DNA from: Giardia intestinalis | Lineage: Eukaryota | Direction: 5' to 3' (one strand) | Assembly (NCBI GenBank): GCA_000002435.2 | Contig: CM018791.1 | Length of the DNA stretch: 64,000 bases | Shown here: positions 38,511 to 47,357 of the stretch, piece by piece | How positions within the stretch are numbered: the first letter of the stretch is position 1 | Layout: each line of letters starts with the position of its first letter | Program-made: the position numbers and the translations under genes | The notes under the pieces: model-generated | What the model saw: the letters and a program-made list of their open reading frames with translations, nothing else | The model's database searches: none | Told to the model about the DNA's origin: nothing

Positions 38511-41500
38511 ATGAAAAAACAAGCCGAGAGCCAAATTTTCATGTACCTGTCAGGGGTGGAAATCAAGAACTTCCGCTCCATTGTCCATACATCTGTTACG
38601 GGACTCCATCCGGGAATCAACGTATTCATAGGTATCAATGGCGCAGGGAAATCGAATTTTTATAGTGCAATACTTTTTGCCCTGATGGACCCCCTCTACG
38701 ACCTGAAGACAATTAACAGGGCCCAGATACTATCCAATGACGCAAAAACTAAGTCCGGCTATGTAAAGCTAATTATAGATTTGGAAGGCGCTGCAGTAGG
38801 GGACTTCCAGGGAAGGGTATCCATCTCCAGACACTTCACAATAACTACAGACAGCTTCTATTTAAATGACGTACTGGTAACCAGCGATAAGGTTGCCAAT
38901 TTCCTTTCGATTATGGGATTTAACCCCAGTTCTCAAGGATACACCTTTGCAGTCCAACAGAGTAAGGTTACTAGCCTTGCAATGTCGGCCCCAAAGGCAC
39001 TCCTCGATGCATTTAACTCCAGCACTGGCACATGGGAGTACGATACGCGTAAGCAGGACGCTCTAGAAAAACTCAAAGCAGCAAGAGAAGAGAGGGAAGA
39101 GGCACAGCAAATTTATATGCAGCTTAAAGGACGATGCAGCAGACTAACCGAGCGGATGAATAAGAACAAGGAATACCTCAAGCTAATGGCAGAAAGGAGG
39201 GCTGCTGAGCACGCCCTTGCAACTCTTACTTATGATGCTCTCCAAGAGCAACGTGCACGATTAGAAACGCAAAAGGAAGCGCTCATAGAGGATTGCAAAG
39301 CCAAACGTACCCAAATAGATGCAATAAGAGCGGAGATTAATGTGCTTACAAACGAGCTCACTCCACTACAGCTTCAGGAGGATAAGGCCCTGGCAGCAGA
39401 AAGAGCGGTTAATGACCATGTTTACTACCTTGTCGATTCATGCCAATACCTAAGCTCTTTCTGCACTGCTAAGTCACAAAGGAGCCAAGAGCAGGAGGAC
39501 AGTGCAACCATAAGACGGCGTAGTGCACAGGACGCCCTTGAGGAAGCGATCTTACGCGAGCGATCTCTTTTGGATGAGCTAGCCACGCTCAGAAATGCAC
39601 AGTACTCTCTTTCATCATTTATAAGGAAGCAGAAGATCATGCTGGAAGGCCAGGAGGCTAATAAACGTGAGTCTCTCATTAAAGAGCTAGAGGATATCCT
39701 TCGAAATCTTATCAACGCAGAAGCAGAGCATGCAGCAATCAAGTCCTTGCAAGAAGAGGTTAAGCAGGAACTAGAATGCATCTCTAAGAAGCTAAATGTC
39801 TGTAAAATGCGAGAGACAGAGATCAATGCTAGTGAGCTCCTTCAGAGGTACACAGAATTCAGTGAGAAAAAGCAGCGACTGAATGTAGATCTATCCATGA
39901 AAGTAAAGAGCTTAAATGAGGCCGAAAACAAGGTTGTGCATGAAGAGTATCAGCTTTCGCAACTTACGCGTGAGTTTCTTGACCTGGCGCCTGCGAATCT
40001 GGCAGCTGGCGCTAACTTGTGCCTCTCTGCAATCAGGGAAGCAAAAATAAGCGGGTTCAGGGGGTTTCTTGCTGAACACATAAACGCAGCCGTGGGATCT
40101 TATCCAGCACTAGAGTCCGCTATAGGATCCACCGGGCTTTACTCCTTATTAGTAGAAAAACGCGAAACAGCTACAGAGATAATGCGGCACATTCGTCAGA
40201 GAACATCATCTTCGCCATTGTCTGGCAAAGCAAACTTTATTGTTCTTGATGCAGTCTCTCCGCCTTGTTTGCAGGAGATTAACAGTAACTGTGTTCCCTT
40301 GGCTTCTCTGGTAAGCACAGTGGATGACACTAGACCAGCAATCCTGCAAGCTTTGGGCACCAGTTACCTGACAAGATCATTGGAGGACGCAGCGAAGTAT
40401 TCCAGTGAGCATAATATCGATTGTTACACAGTCACTGGCGATGTCATACAAGGTTCTGGGGTTGCCATAGGTGGACACCGTAGCTTCAAAAGAATTAAGT
40501 GTGGTGTAGCTTTGGGAATCTCTCGTGAGGCTCTACTTGGAGCATCTCTCACAAAGGGACGAGTGAGCACTGAGATAGAAGAAATAAAGCAAGAGCTCCG
40601 CAATGTTGGTGCAGAGATAACCAAATTGGAGCCAATTGTTTCGCCCTTACAGGAAGAGCTAAGTGGTATTCGCGCAGAGATACTTCCCCTCTCCGGAGAA
40701 CTTACCAAACTGCAAAAGACGGAGACAAAATTGCATGCTGATGAGCAAGAGCTATGTGCGCGAATTAACACACTGTCCCAGATGAAGCAAAGCATGGAGG
40801 ACTCTGTGTCCTCTTTAACTGCAGGCAATAAATTGAACCCGGCAAAGGTGAAACTATTAAGACAGGAGCTGGCTAATAATGAAGCTAACGAAAAGGAGAT
40901 AGAAAAGAAGATAGACACCATCCAGGCTCTGGTAAATAAGGCAGCTGTTGATAGGATGAAAGCAGAGGCAAAAATGCAAAGCATAGACGCTAGTGGGACG
41001 CAGATTGAGTTGGGAATAAAAGAAAGAGGCGATGTTGATGCGCAGATGATGTCTTTGTTAACGGGGCTGGAGCAAGCTAACCTAGAGGCATTAGAGTTTC
41101 CGTCAGACAGAGATGGCTTAGCCCCCTTTGTAGAAAATCTTAGAACATTGAGCGAGAAGCTGAAGGACGCCATTAGCAACAAAGAGGAACTCGATGCTGT
41201 TGCACGATTGTCGGCTAAGTTTCTATCTGCCCTGACTGAGTTATCCGATAGTACAAAGGTGACTGTGGCCAATTGTAAAGAGACAACCAGTCGACAAAGG
41301 CAGAAAATAGTTAACAAGGAGGCAGAAATAGAAGATCTCAACCGTCAATTGGAGACAATTGCCATGGGATTTGAAGCCCTTGATCTGGAAAACAATGATG
41401 CTCTTCAGCATTATAAGAAGGCCGAGATTGCGCTAAGAGAGATAGCTGCCCCCACAGCAGATGAGATGGAGGCCCTTCAGCGCGAGAAAGCAGCAGCCAA

Positions 41501-42236
41501 GGTGTCGGATGAGCAAGAGCGCTCCTGGCTTGTTTCTTACATTGCTACAAAGTCCCAGCAGATGGGCGAAACTCCCCCAATTAGCCAACGTGTAATTGAT
41601 CAGTACGACAGAGCAGTCAGAGAGAAGGATCAACTCGAGAAGCAACTGGCTGATGTTGTTGAAGGGGAGCACGCTGTAGAAGATCTGGTGATGAAGCTGG
41701 ATGTTAGGCGAAAGGTGCACTTCGAGGAGCAATTCAAATTGGTTGATGCACGGTTTTCAGAGATCTTTCATAGAATCACGGGAGGCAAGGCTCGTCTCAC
41801 CTTGTCCACGCATGGAGATGAAGAGCCCGATGGAATCTTAGTGGACGCTACCTTTGCCAACCAGGCAACAAAAGATGTTCAAATGTCCGGTGGTCAGCGA
41901 ACGTTGACCAGTCTTTGCTTTGTTCTAGCCACAGAGCAAGCATCCAATAATTCCTTCCTTCTTCTGGATGAGCCAGACGCGTGCCTCGATGAGGCCTACA
42001 GAGCTGTGTTTGCCAGCCTCCTGGCAGAGCGTGCTGCACAAGGAATCCAGGTGTTTGTGATAACCTTCAGGACGGAGATTATTACGGTAGCAAACCAGTG
42101 TTTTGCAGTCAGCAGGGTGGAAGATCACACAACAATAGAGCCTGTTGCCAGCGCATATGCTTTGAGCGTAGCAGCAGACGCTACAACAGTTGGGCTATTT
42201 GCAGAGGGAGGGCACGATAAGCTCGCCGCTGTTTAA
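38511..42236 (+). CDS. SMC family ATPase, most similar to SMC3 (cohesin). Start uncertain: ATG at 38511, or at 38541 (MYLSGVEIKNFRS…).
   Basis: Walker A GINGAGKSNFYSAILFAL (cf. SMC3 GRNGSGKSNFFYAIQFVL). Long coiled coils. Hinge-like middle (…GFRGFLAEHINAAVGS…LYSLLVEKRETATEI…FIVLD). Signature motif MSGGQRTL. Walker B/D-loop LLLDEPDACLD. Confidence 0.8.
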   Translation: MKKQAESQIFMYLSGVEIKNFRSIVHTSVTGLHPGINVFIGINGAGKSNFYSAILFALMDPLYDLKTINRAQILSNDAKTKSGYVKLIIDLEGAAVGDFQGRVSISRHFTITTDSFYLNDVLVTSDKVANFLSIMGFNPSSQGYTFAVQQSKVTSLAMSAPKALLDAFNSSTGTWEYDTRKQDALEKLKAAREEREEAQQIYMQLKGRCSRLTERMNKNKEYLKLMAERRAAEHALATLTYDALQEQRARLETQKEALIEDCKAKRTQIDAIRAEINVLTNELTPLQLQEDKALAAERAVNDHVYYLVDSCQYLSSFCTAKSQRSQEQEDSATIRRRSAQDALEEAILRERSLLDELATLRNAQYSLSSFIRKQKIMLEGQEANKRESLIKELEDILRNLINAEAEHAAIKSLQEEVKQELECISKKLNVCKMRETEINASELLQRYTEFSEKKQRLNVDLSMKVKSLNEAENKVVHEEYQLSQLTREFLDLAPANLAAGANLCLSAIREAKISGFRGFLAEHINAAVGSYPALESAIGSTGLYSLLVEKRETATEIMRHIRQRTSSSPLSGKANFIVLDAVSPPCLQEINSNCVPLASLVSTVDDTRPAILQALGTSYLTRSLEDAAKYSSEHNIDCYTVTGDVIQGSGVAIGGHRSFKRIKCGVALGISREALLGASLTKGRVSTEIEEIKQELRNVGAEITKLEPIVSPLQEELSGIRAEILPLSGELTKLQKTETKLHADEQELCARINTLSQMKQSMEDSVSSLTAGNKLNPAKVKLLRQELANNEANEKEIEKKIDTIQALVNKAAVDRMKAEAKMQSIDASGTQIELGIKERGDVDAQMMSLLTGLEQANLEALEFPSDRDGLAPFVENLRTLSEKLKDAISNKEELDAVARLSAKFLSALTELSDSTKVTVANCKETTSRQRQKIVNKEAEIEDLNRQLETIAMGFEALDLENNDALQHYKKAEIALREIAAPTADEMEALQREKAAAKVSDEQERSWLVSYIATKSQQMGETPPISQRVIDQYDRAVREKDQLEKQLADVVEGEHAVEDLVMKLDVRRKVHFEEQFKLVDARFSEIFHRITGGKARLTLSTHGDEEPDGILVDATFANQATKDVQMSGGQRTLTSLCFVLATEQASNNSFLLLDEPDACLDEAYRAVFASLLAERAAQGIQVFVITFRTEIITVANQCFAVSRVEDHTTIEPVASAYALSVAADATTVGLFAEGGHDKLAAV

Positions 42237-42319
42237 AGGGGAAATTTGATGTTCGTTGTAAACACCCATAAGAATTGTGTGCGGGAATGATACGGAAAAA
42301 TATAACATTACTCTAAAAA

Positions 42320-45148
42320 ATGCTGGATATGCTATGCTGCCTAGCCCTCCTGAACCTGGCTCTGGCGGTCCCCCAGGAGTGCATGTTTGGCGGGGAGGAG
42401 TGTGGTGGACATGGGAGGTGCCATGTAAGTACTGATGGCACTCCGAGCTATTGTGTCTGCGATAGCGACTACACCCTCTCTCCCACCATGGGCTGTGTCG
42501 TAACAGCTTGTTACAGTGAGGTCCTCGACGTAATGTGCAACAACGGGGAGTGCCAGCAGGTCGACGGCGTTTACAAGTGCGTCTGCCCTTCAGATCTTAT
42601 CTATGTAGGGGGCCAGTGCACAACGATGGACTGTATTTCTAAAGAGGACGACGGGAGATTCACCGTCTGCTCTAACAACGGATACTGTGGGTACGGCTTC
42701 TTTGGTGATTCTAAGTGCATGTGCCTGCCTGAGTATGATGACGACGGACTTTGCAAGACGTGTAACACAACCAATGCGGACCTGATCGACGGTAAGTGTG
42801 TTAGCAAGAAATGCTTAACAGGGCCTCCTGGCGAGGCAACTCAGCTCTGTGGCGGGTGCGGAGCGTGCGTGAGGACGGGTGCAGGCTACAATCTTGCCTA
42901 CACGTGCGCATGCTCGGGTACAGATGGCTGTAAGGAAGTGTCCGCTGGAGTGTGCGGCATTGATGCCTGCATTTCAGACAATCAGTTGGGAGTCGTGTGC
43001 AATGACGCCGGAGTTTGCGATAAGAACGGCTGTCACTGCAATGCAGGGTACTCGGGCCCAACTTGTCTGGTCAACGAGAATGATCCTAACGCGTGCCAGT
43101 CGCAGTATACGCGGATCAATGGAGAGTGTGTGCCGAAGATCTGCGTGCCGGCCATACCTGGCGACAACGTTTGTGGAGGTCCTGAAGCTGGTACCTGCCT
43201 CTTCAATAAAGATATCAAGAACTTCTTTTGCTACTGCTCCGATGGCTATATTAATGCTCTCGATAACAGGATCGACTTTAATTATCAATGTGTGCCATTT
43301 GGTTGCCTAGATGGCCTTGGCGTTTGCTACGAGGGTAAGTGTCTTCCGGGTCAAGGGCCCTATCCATGCATCTGTGACCCAGGCTTCCACAACGACCCTA
43401 GGTCTGGCTTCTGTGGATCCGACATCTGCCTAACGGGCGGACCGGACAACCCCGACGAGGCTTGCAGTGGCCATGGCCAGTGCATGTACTACGGGTGCTG
43501 GTGTGATCCAGGCTACGGTGGTGATACCTGCAATGAGGATGCGCCGGTTTACTGCTATGAAGGCCAGATTGCAGTCGGCAAGGAATGCGTCTTTACAGAT
43601 TGCGTGAGCTACACACCTGAAATGGGCGTTTGCGGAGGCTTCGGGACGTGCGTGCAGTTCACTGGATTCTACGGTTCGAGTGATTTTTACGAATGCCAAT
43701 GTGACCCAGGTACGATTTACGACCGCGACTATCTCTGTCTGCCATCTGTCTGTCTTACAAGTGACGGCCAGGTCTGCCCACACGGATCGTGCCAGAAGGT
43801 GGATGGAGAGGCGACTTGCGTTTGCAACAACGGATACAAGAGCATTAACAATGCTTGCTTCCCTCTTTCGTGTCTTGTGACCATCGACGGAGAGGAGCTT
43901 GTTTGTGCAAACAACGGTGAGTGTGACCTTGACTCAGGAATTTGCAACTGCAATGAACTTTTCCACGGCGAGCACTGCGATGTCCCCAAGGACCACGAGA
44001 TCGTTTGCAATTCTGACGAAACCTTGATTGGCGAGCGGTGTGTTTCTGACTACTGCATATTCGATGGCGTAGAATGCAACAACCACGGGCGCTGTGATAA
44101 GACATTCAGCGACGGGCCCAGGTGCGCTTGTGACTTGCTGTATATACTCTCCGCCCAGTATGGTTGCGTTCCTCTGAACTGTTACGATCAAGACACGGAT
44201 TCCGTTTGCCCCGATGGCCGGTGCGTGGGTGAGGGCAAAGATATTCATTGTGAGTGTAACCCGGACTTTACCCTCATTAATTCTGTCTGTGTTCACAGCA
44301 ACTGTCTAGCAGATGATACGATTTGCTCAGGAAACGGCTACTGCGCGCAGAGTGTGTCTGGGGAGTACAAATGCCAGTGTGACTATCTTCATAGTGGTAG
44401 TCTCTGTAATGCGTGTTCGTCTGACGCGGTCCTTATAGATGGCTTGTGTGCCAGTGACAGCTGCATCACAGTAGATGCTTCTGGGAAGAAAACTGTTTGC
44501 TCTGGAATGGGTGTCTGTAAGAAGGATTCTTCTATCAGTAGCGCCTATTGTTCCTGCAGAGCTCCTTTTGCACTCGTCTCCGGAAAGTGTGTCTCTGCTG
44601 ATTGCTATGCTGGAGAGCCCATTGGTGCTCCCTGCAACGGCCGGGGCTACTGTGGCTTGAGCACTTTCTGCACAGATCCATCGACCTGTAACACGGGGCA
44701 ATGCTTCTGTAATGAGGAATACGAGGGCAGTCTTTGCGAGAGCTGCTCCTTCAACTATATCGACGTGCCAACCTACGGGTGTGTCGCCAGGGCATGTTAC
44801 AAGGATGGCTTGGTATGCAGCTCTGCCGGAGACTGCATTGATGGCCAGTGTCAGTGCGCGAGCGGCTATACTGCTTCCGGAGCCGAGTGTTTGATGCCTT
44901 CAGCCACAAAGAACGGAGTCCTGATTGGAACTAGCGTGGGCGGTGTCGTCTTACTCATAGCAATCATTGTCGGTGTATTCTTCTGCGTCAAGAAAGCGCG
45001 GAAAGGAAAGGCTCCTGAAGGGCGCGCAGGAAAGAAGACAAGAGCACTGCTGTCTGACGGTGACGACGAGGATGAGGACCTTTTGGTTCCTTCGGAGTCT
45101 GAGTCCGGGTCTGCCTCCGCTGCAACAGGCACAGATGAGATTCCTTAA
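42320..45148 (+). CDS. High-cysteine membrane protein (HCMP), EGF/furin-like repeats, single C-terminal TM and an acidic cytoplasmic tail.
   Basis: Signal peptide MLDMLCCLALLNLALA. About 12% Cys in CxC/CxxC/EGF spacing. TM VLIGTSVGGVVLLIAIIVGVFFCV, then a KKARKGK… tail with no CRGKA. Confidence 0.85.
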   Translation: MLDMLCCLALLNLALAVPQECMFGGEECGGHGRCHVSTDGTPSYCVCDSDYTLSPTMGCVVTACYSEVLDVMCNNGECQQVDGVYKCVCPSDLIYVGGQCTTMDCISKEDDGRFTVCSNNGYCGYGFFGDSKCMCLPEYDDDGLCKTCNTTNADLIDGKCVSKKCLTGPPGEATQLCGGCGACVRTGAGYNLAYTCACSGTDGCKEVSAGVCGIDACISDNQLGVVCNDAGVCDKNGCHCNAGYSGPTCLVNENDPNACQSQYTRINGECVPKICVPAIPGDNVCGGPEAGTCLFNKDIKNFFCYCSDGYINALDNRIDFNYQCVPFGCLDGLGVCYEGKCLPGQGPYPCICDPGFHNDPRSGFCGSDICLTGGPDNPDEACSGHGQCMYYGCWCDPGYGGDTCNEDAPVYCYEGQIAVGKECVFTDCVSYTPEMGVCGGFGTCVQFTGFYGSSDFYECQCDPGTIYDRDYLCLPSVCLTSDGQVCPHGSCQKVDGEATCVCNNGYKSINNACFPLSCLVTIDGEELVCANNGECDLDSGICNCNELFHGEHCDVPKDHEIVCNSDETLIGERCVSDYCIFDGVECNNHGRCDKTFSDGPRCACDLLYILSAQYGCVPLNCYDQDTDSVCPDGRCVGEGKDIHCECNPDFTLINSVCVHSNCLADDTICSGNGYCAQSVSGEYKCQCDYLHSGSLCNACSSDAVLIDGLCASDSCITVDASGKKTVCSGMGVCKKDSSISSAYCSCRAPFALVSGKCVSADCYAGEPIGAPCNGRGYCGLSTFCTDPSTCNTGQCFCNEEYEGSLCESCSFNYIDVPTYGCVARACYKDGLVCSSAGDCIDGQCQCASGYTASGAECLMPSATKNGVLIGTSVGGVVLLIAIIVGVFFCVKKARKGKAPEGRAGKKTRALLSDGDDEDEDLLVPSESESGSASAATGTDEIP

Positions 45149-45175
45149 GTTAACGAGTGTAAATCCAACTTTTCC

Positions 45176-47311
45176 TCAGTGCCGTTTGCTTCGAGCACTG
45201 GACGGTTTTGTGGGGGCGAGCGATCTTACGTGGGGCTGGTGGTGGATCTGCTGGTGCTCACTATCCTTGCGCGAAGGCTTACTAGGTATTTCCAGAGCCT
45301 CAGAATTGCGAGAGACAGGCAATTCATACTTTCGCTTCGCAGTAAGCTGCGGCTGCAGGGCTGTCTGCATCTTAACTGTGTTCTGGGACTCTCGACCCGG
45401 AGAAGGAAGATTGCCTGAGGGCTCAACAAATTCAGTTATGGACTCTGACTCTGCATAGCGGATGCGTAGAACTGGCTTTGCGGAGAGCAGCGTTAGGAAG
45501 AGATGATACGCAACAGATGAGGTTCCGACGGCTCTGATGTCAAGTAGCACTGTTTTGCGCAACAACCGATTCAGAACCGGAGAAAGGGCGGCGTCTCTGG
45601 CATTTAGTTCAATGTAGCCTTTGTGAAGCAGAGATATCTCCTTCGGAGCCATATTCAGCATCCCGTTTATATAAAGCCCTGCCGGTAGAATACAGGTAGG
45701 TGATATGGGTCCTCTCTCGCTGTTGTTCCGGCGTGTCTCTTGTTCGCAGAGCATGTGATCTAGGATCTCGTTGCTTGAACCTACGAGCTCGAGTAGTGCC
45801 CGCTTGAGCCTTGATGATCTAACTATCTCTTTCTTAAGAATAGACTCTAATCTACTATTGCGATGCTCTGCCAATCGCGTTTGTTCTTCCTGGACCTCCA
45901 GTTTCTTTTCTACATCTCGTAGTTTTGCTTCCAAGGCCCTTGCTTCCTTTTCAAATGCTAAAGCTTTTGTGCTGCTCTCTACCGAATGCTTACCTTGATA
46001 GCAAACAGTGTCCAGTTCTTCCCTACTAAGCATGCCATCTTTAAGCGTCACATCAAAGGCGTCAGCCGGGCCTCCATTTTCCAGAAAGACAAGGCAGTGG
46101 CGGCCCAAGGTGGCGCCAATAAGCTCGTAATCGTCGGCGTCTATATGCCGTATAGCTCGCTTGAGCAACCTGGTAAATGAGAGACTTTCTTTGAGCCAGA
46201 AGCAAAGCGCTACGGTAGTGATATCTTGTTGGTACCCTTGGGGTGATGCGTCAGTCGATACAGACACTACCGAGTATTGTATTGTCGCCAGTGCCAACAG
46301 AAACCTTGTTATATGTGCAGCCACTTCCGGTTTACCATGAGCGATCCCACAGTCGATCAAGGCATCCAGATTTAGTGCACCGCAGCGTTTGGTACTGACA
46401 AGAAGCCGCTGAGCAGCACACGAAATTGCCACGGCATCCTCATATGGAAGAGTTGTGAATACCGATGCACTGACCTGGATTGTCACGGCTCCCGCTGTAG
46501 TTGCGTAATTTCTTTGAGGGTCAAATAGGACCGACCGTGGCCCTATTGGTATGTTATAGCAGCCACCGCCGCGAGAAAATGTGTGTATACATTCGTATGT
46601 CCTGCTTTTCTCGGGACATTGATTGATGACCGTGATGCTGAACTTTACTGAGAGAGGGCTTAACTGTGCAGTGTAGTTGGGTAAGCACCCTTTATGGACG
46701 AACATGAGGCCCATGAACGCCGTTTGTGTTCTATGCCGAGGAACTAAAACCACTTCAATGCTGCTGGTGAACCGAGTTAGGCATAGGGTCTTGCGCTCGA
46801 TTTCAGAGGATGGTCCCATGGACAGCACACGCTTATCGCAAACCAGTACAAACTCTCCGCAAAAGAAGGGACCACAAAGTGCCTCTCCCAGGTATTTGTC
46901 CCATTGATGTGAAATTTCTCCAGTCCTCTCAGAGCTTGGCGGAACGGGATGTTGCTGGCAGATGTCATAGCTCTTAGCGTCAGAGACCTGAGCCTGTCGA
47001 TATCCACGTGCAACTTTATTTAGAGCCGAGTTCAAATACGGTCTGGATACAACCAATGTGTGGCAGACAAAGCACCGCATATATCTATTCTGGGTGATCT
47101 CGCGCTCGTAGCACCACTGGCATACATTGTGGGAGCAGCTGAGACAATATGCCACTTCATAAACCATGCCGCAGCCAGGGCAAAGAAGAGCTCGAGGAAT
47201 TTCCTGAATTGGAAGAATGGCCTTCAACGCCGTTGTCTTCAGAAGATCGGAGTCTGTCGATTGGCCGTCTGACTCGTTAATCCCGCCTGTCGAAAGAGCA
47301 TATGCATTCAT
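45176..47311 (-). CDS. RING-finger (C3HC4) protein with a central coiled coil (TRIM-like layout).
   Basis: CPGC…CLSCSHNVCQWC…CFVCH fits C-x2-C-x11-C-x-H-x2-C-x2-C-x12-C-x2-C. Additional Cys/His cluster. Heptad coiled coil (…KALAFEKEARALEAKLRDVEKKLEVQEEQTRLAEHRNSRLE…). Confidence 0.65.
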   Translation of the reverse strand: MNAYALSTGGINESDGQSTDSDLLKTTALKAILPIQEIPRALLCPGCGMVYEVAYCLSCSHNVCQWCYEREITQNRYMRCFVCHTLVVSRPYLNSALNKVARGYRQAQVSDAKSYDICQQHPVPPSSERTGEISHQWDKYLGEALCGPFFCGEFVLVCDKRVLSMGPSSEIERKTLCLTRFTSSIEVVLVPRHRTQTAFMGLMFVHKGCLPNYTAQLSPLSVKFSITVINQCPEKSRTYECIHTFSRGGGCYNIPIGPRSVLFDPQRNYATTAGAVTIQVSASVFTTLPYEDAVAISCAAQRLLVSTKRCGALNLDALIDCGIAHGKPEVAAHITRFLLALATIQYSVVSVSTDASPQGYQQDITTVALCFWLKESLSFTRLLKRAIRHIDADDYELIGATLGRHCLVFLENGGPADAFDVTLKDGMLSREELDTVCYQGKHSVESSTKALAFEKEARALEAKLRDVEKKLEVQEEQTRLAEHRNSRLESILKKEIVRSSRLKRALLELVGSSNEILDHMLCEQETRRNNSERGPISPTCILPAGLYINGMLNMAPKEISLLHKGYIELNARDAALSPVLNRLLRKTVLLDIRAVGTSSVAYHLFLTLLSAKPVLRIRYAESESITEFVEPSGNLPSPGRESQNTVKMQTALQPQLTAKRKYELPVSRNSEALEIPSKPSRKDSEHQQIHHQPHVRSLAPTKPSSARSKRH

Positions 47312-47357
47312 GGAGTAACCAAGAGTTATAATGCCACGGTTTACTGTATGCTGTTGA

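Noticed and set aside
40424-41341. 305-aa minus-strand ORF inside the SMC gene
   Set aside because: Ser/Leu/Phe-rich antisense translation of a coiled-coil (Glu/Lys/Ala-rich) coding region. No features of a real protein.
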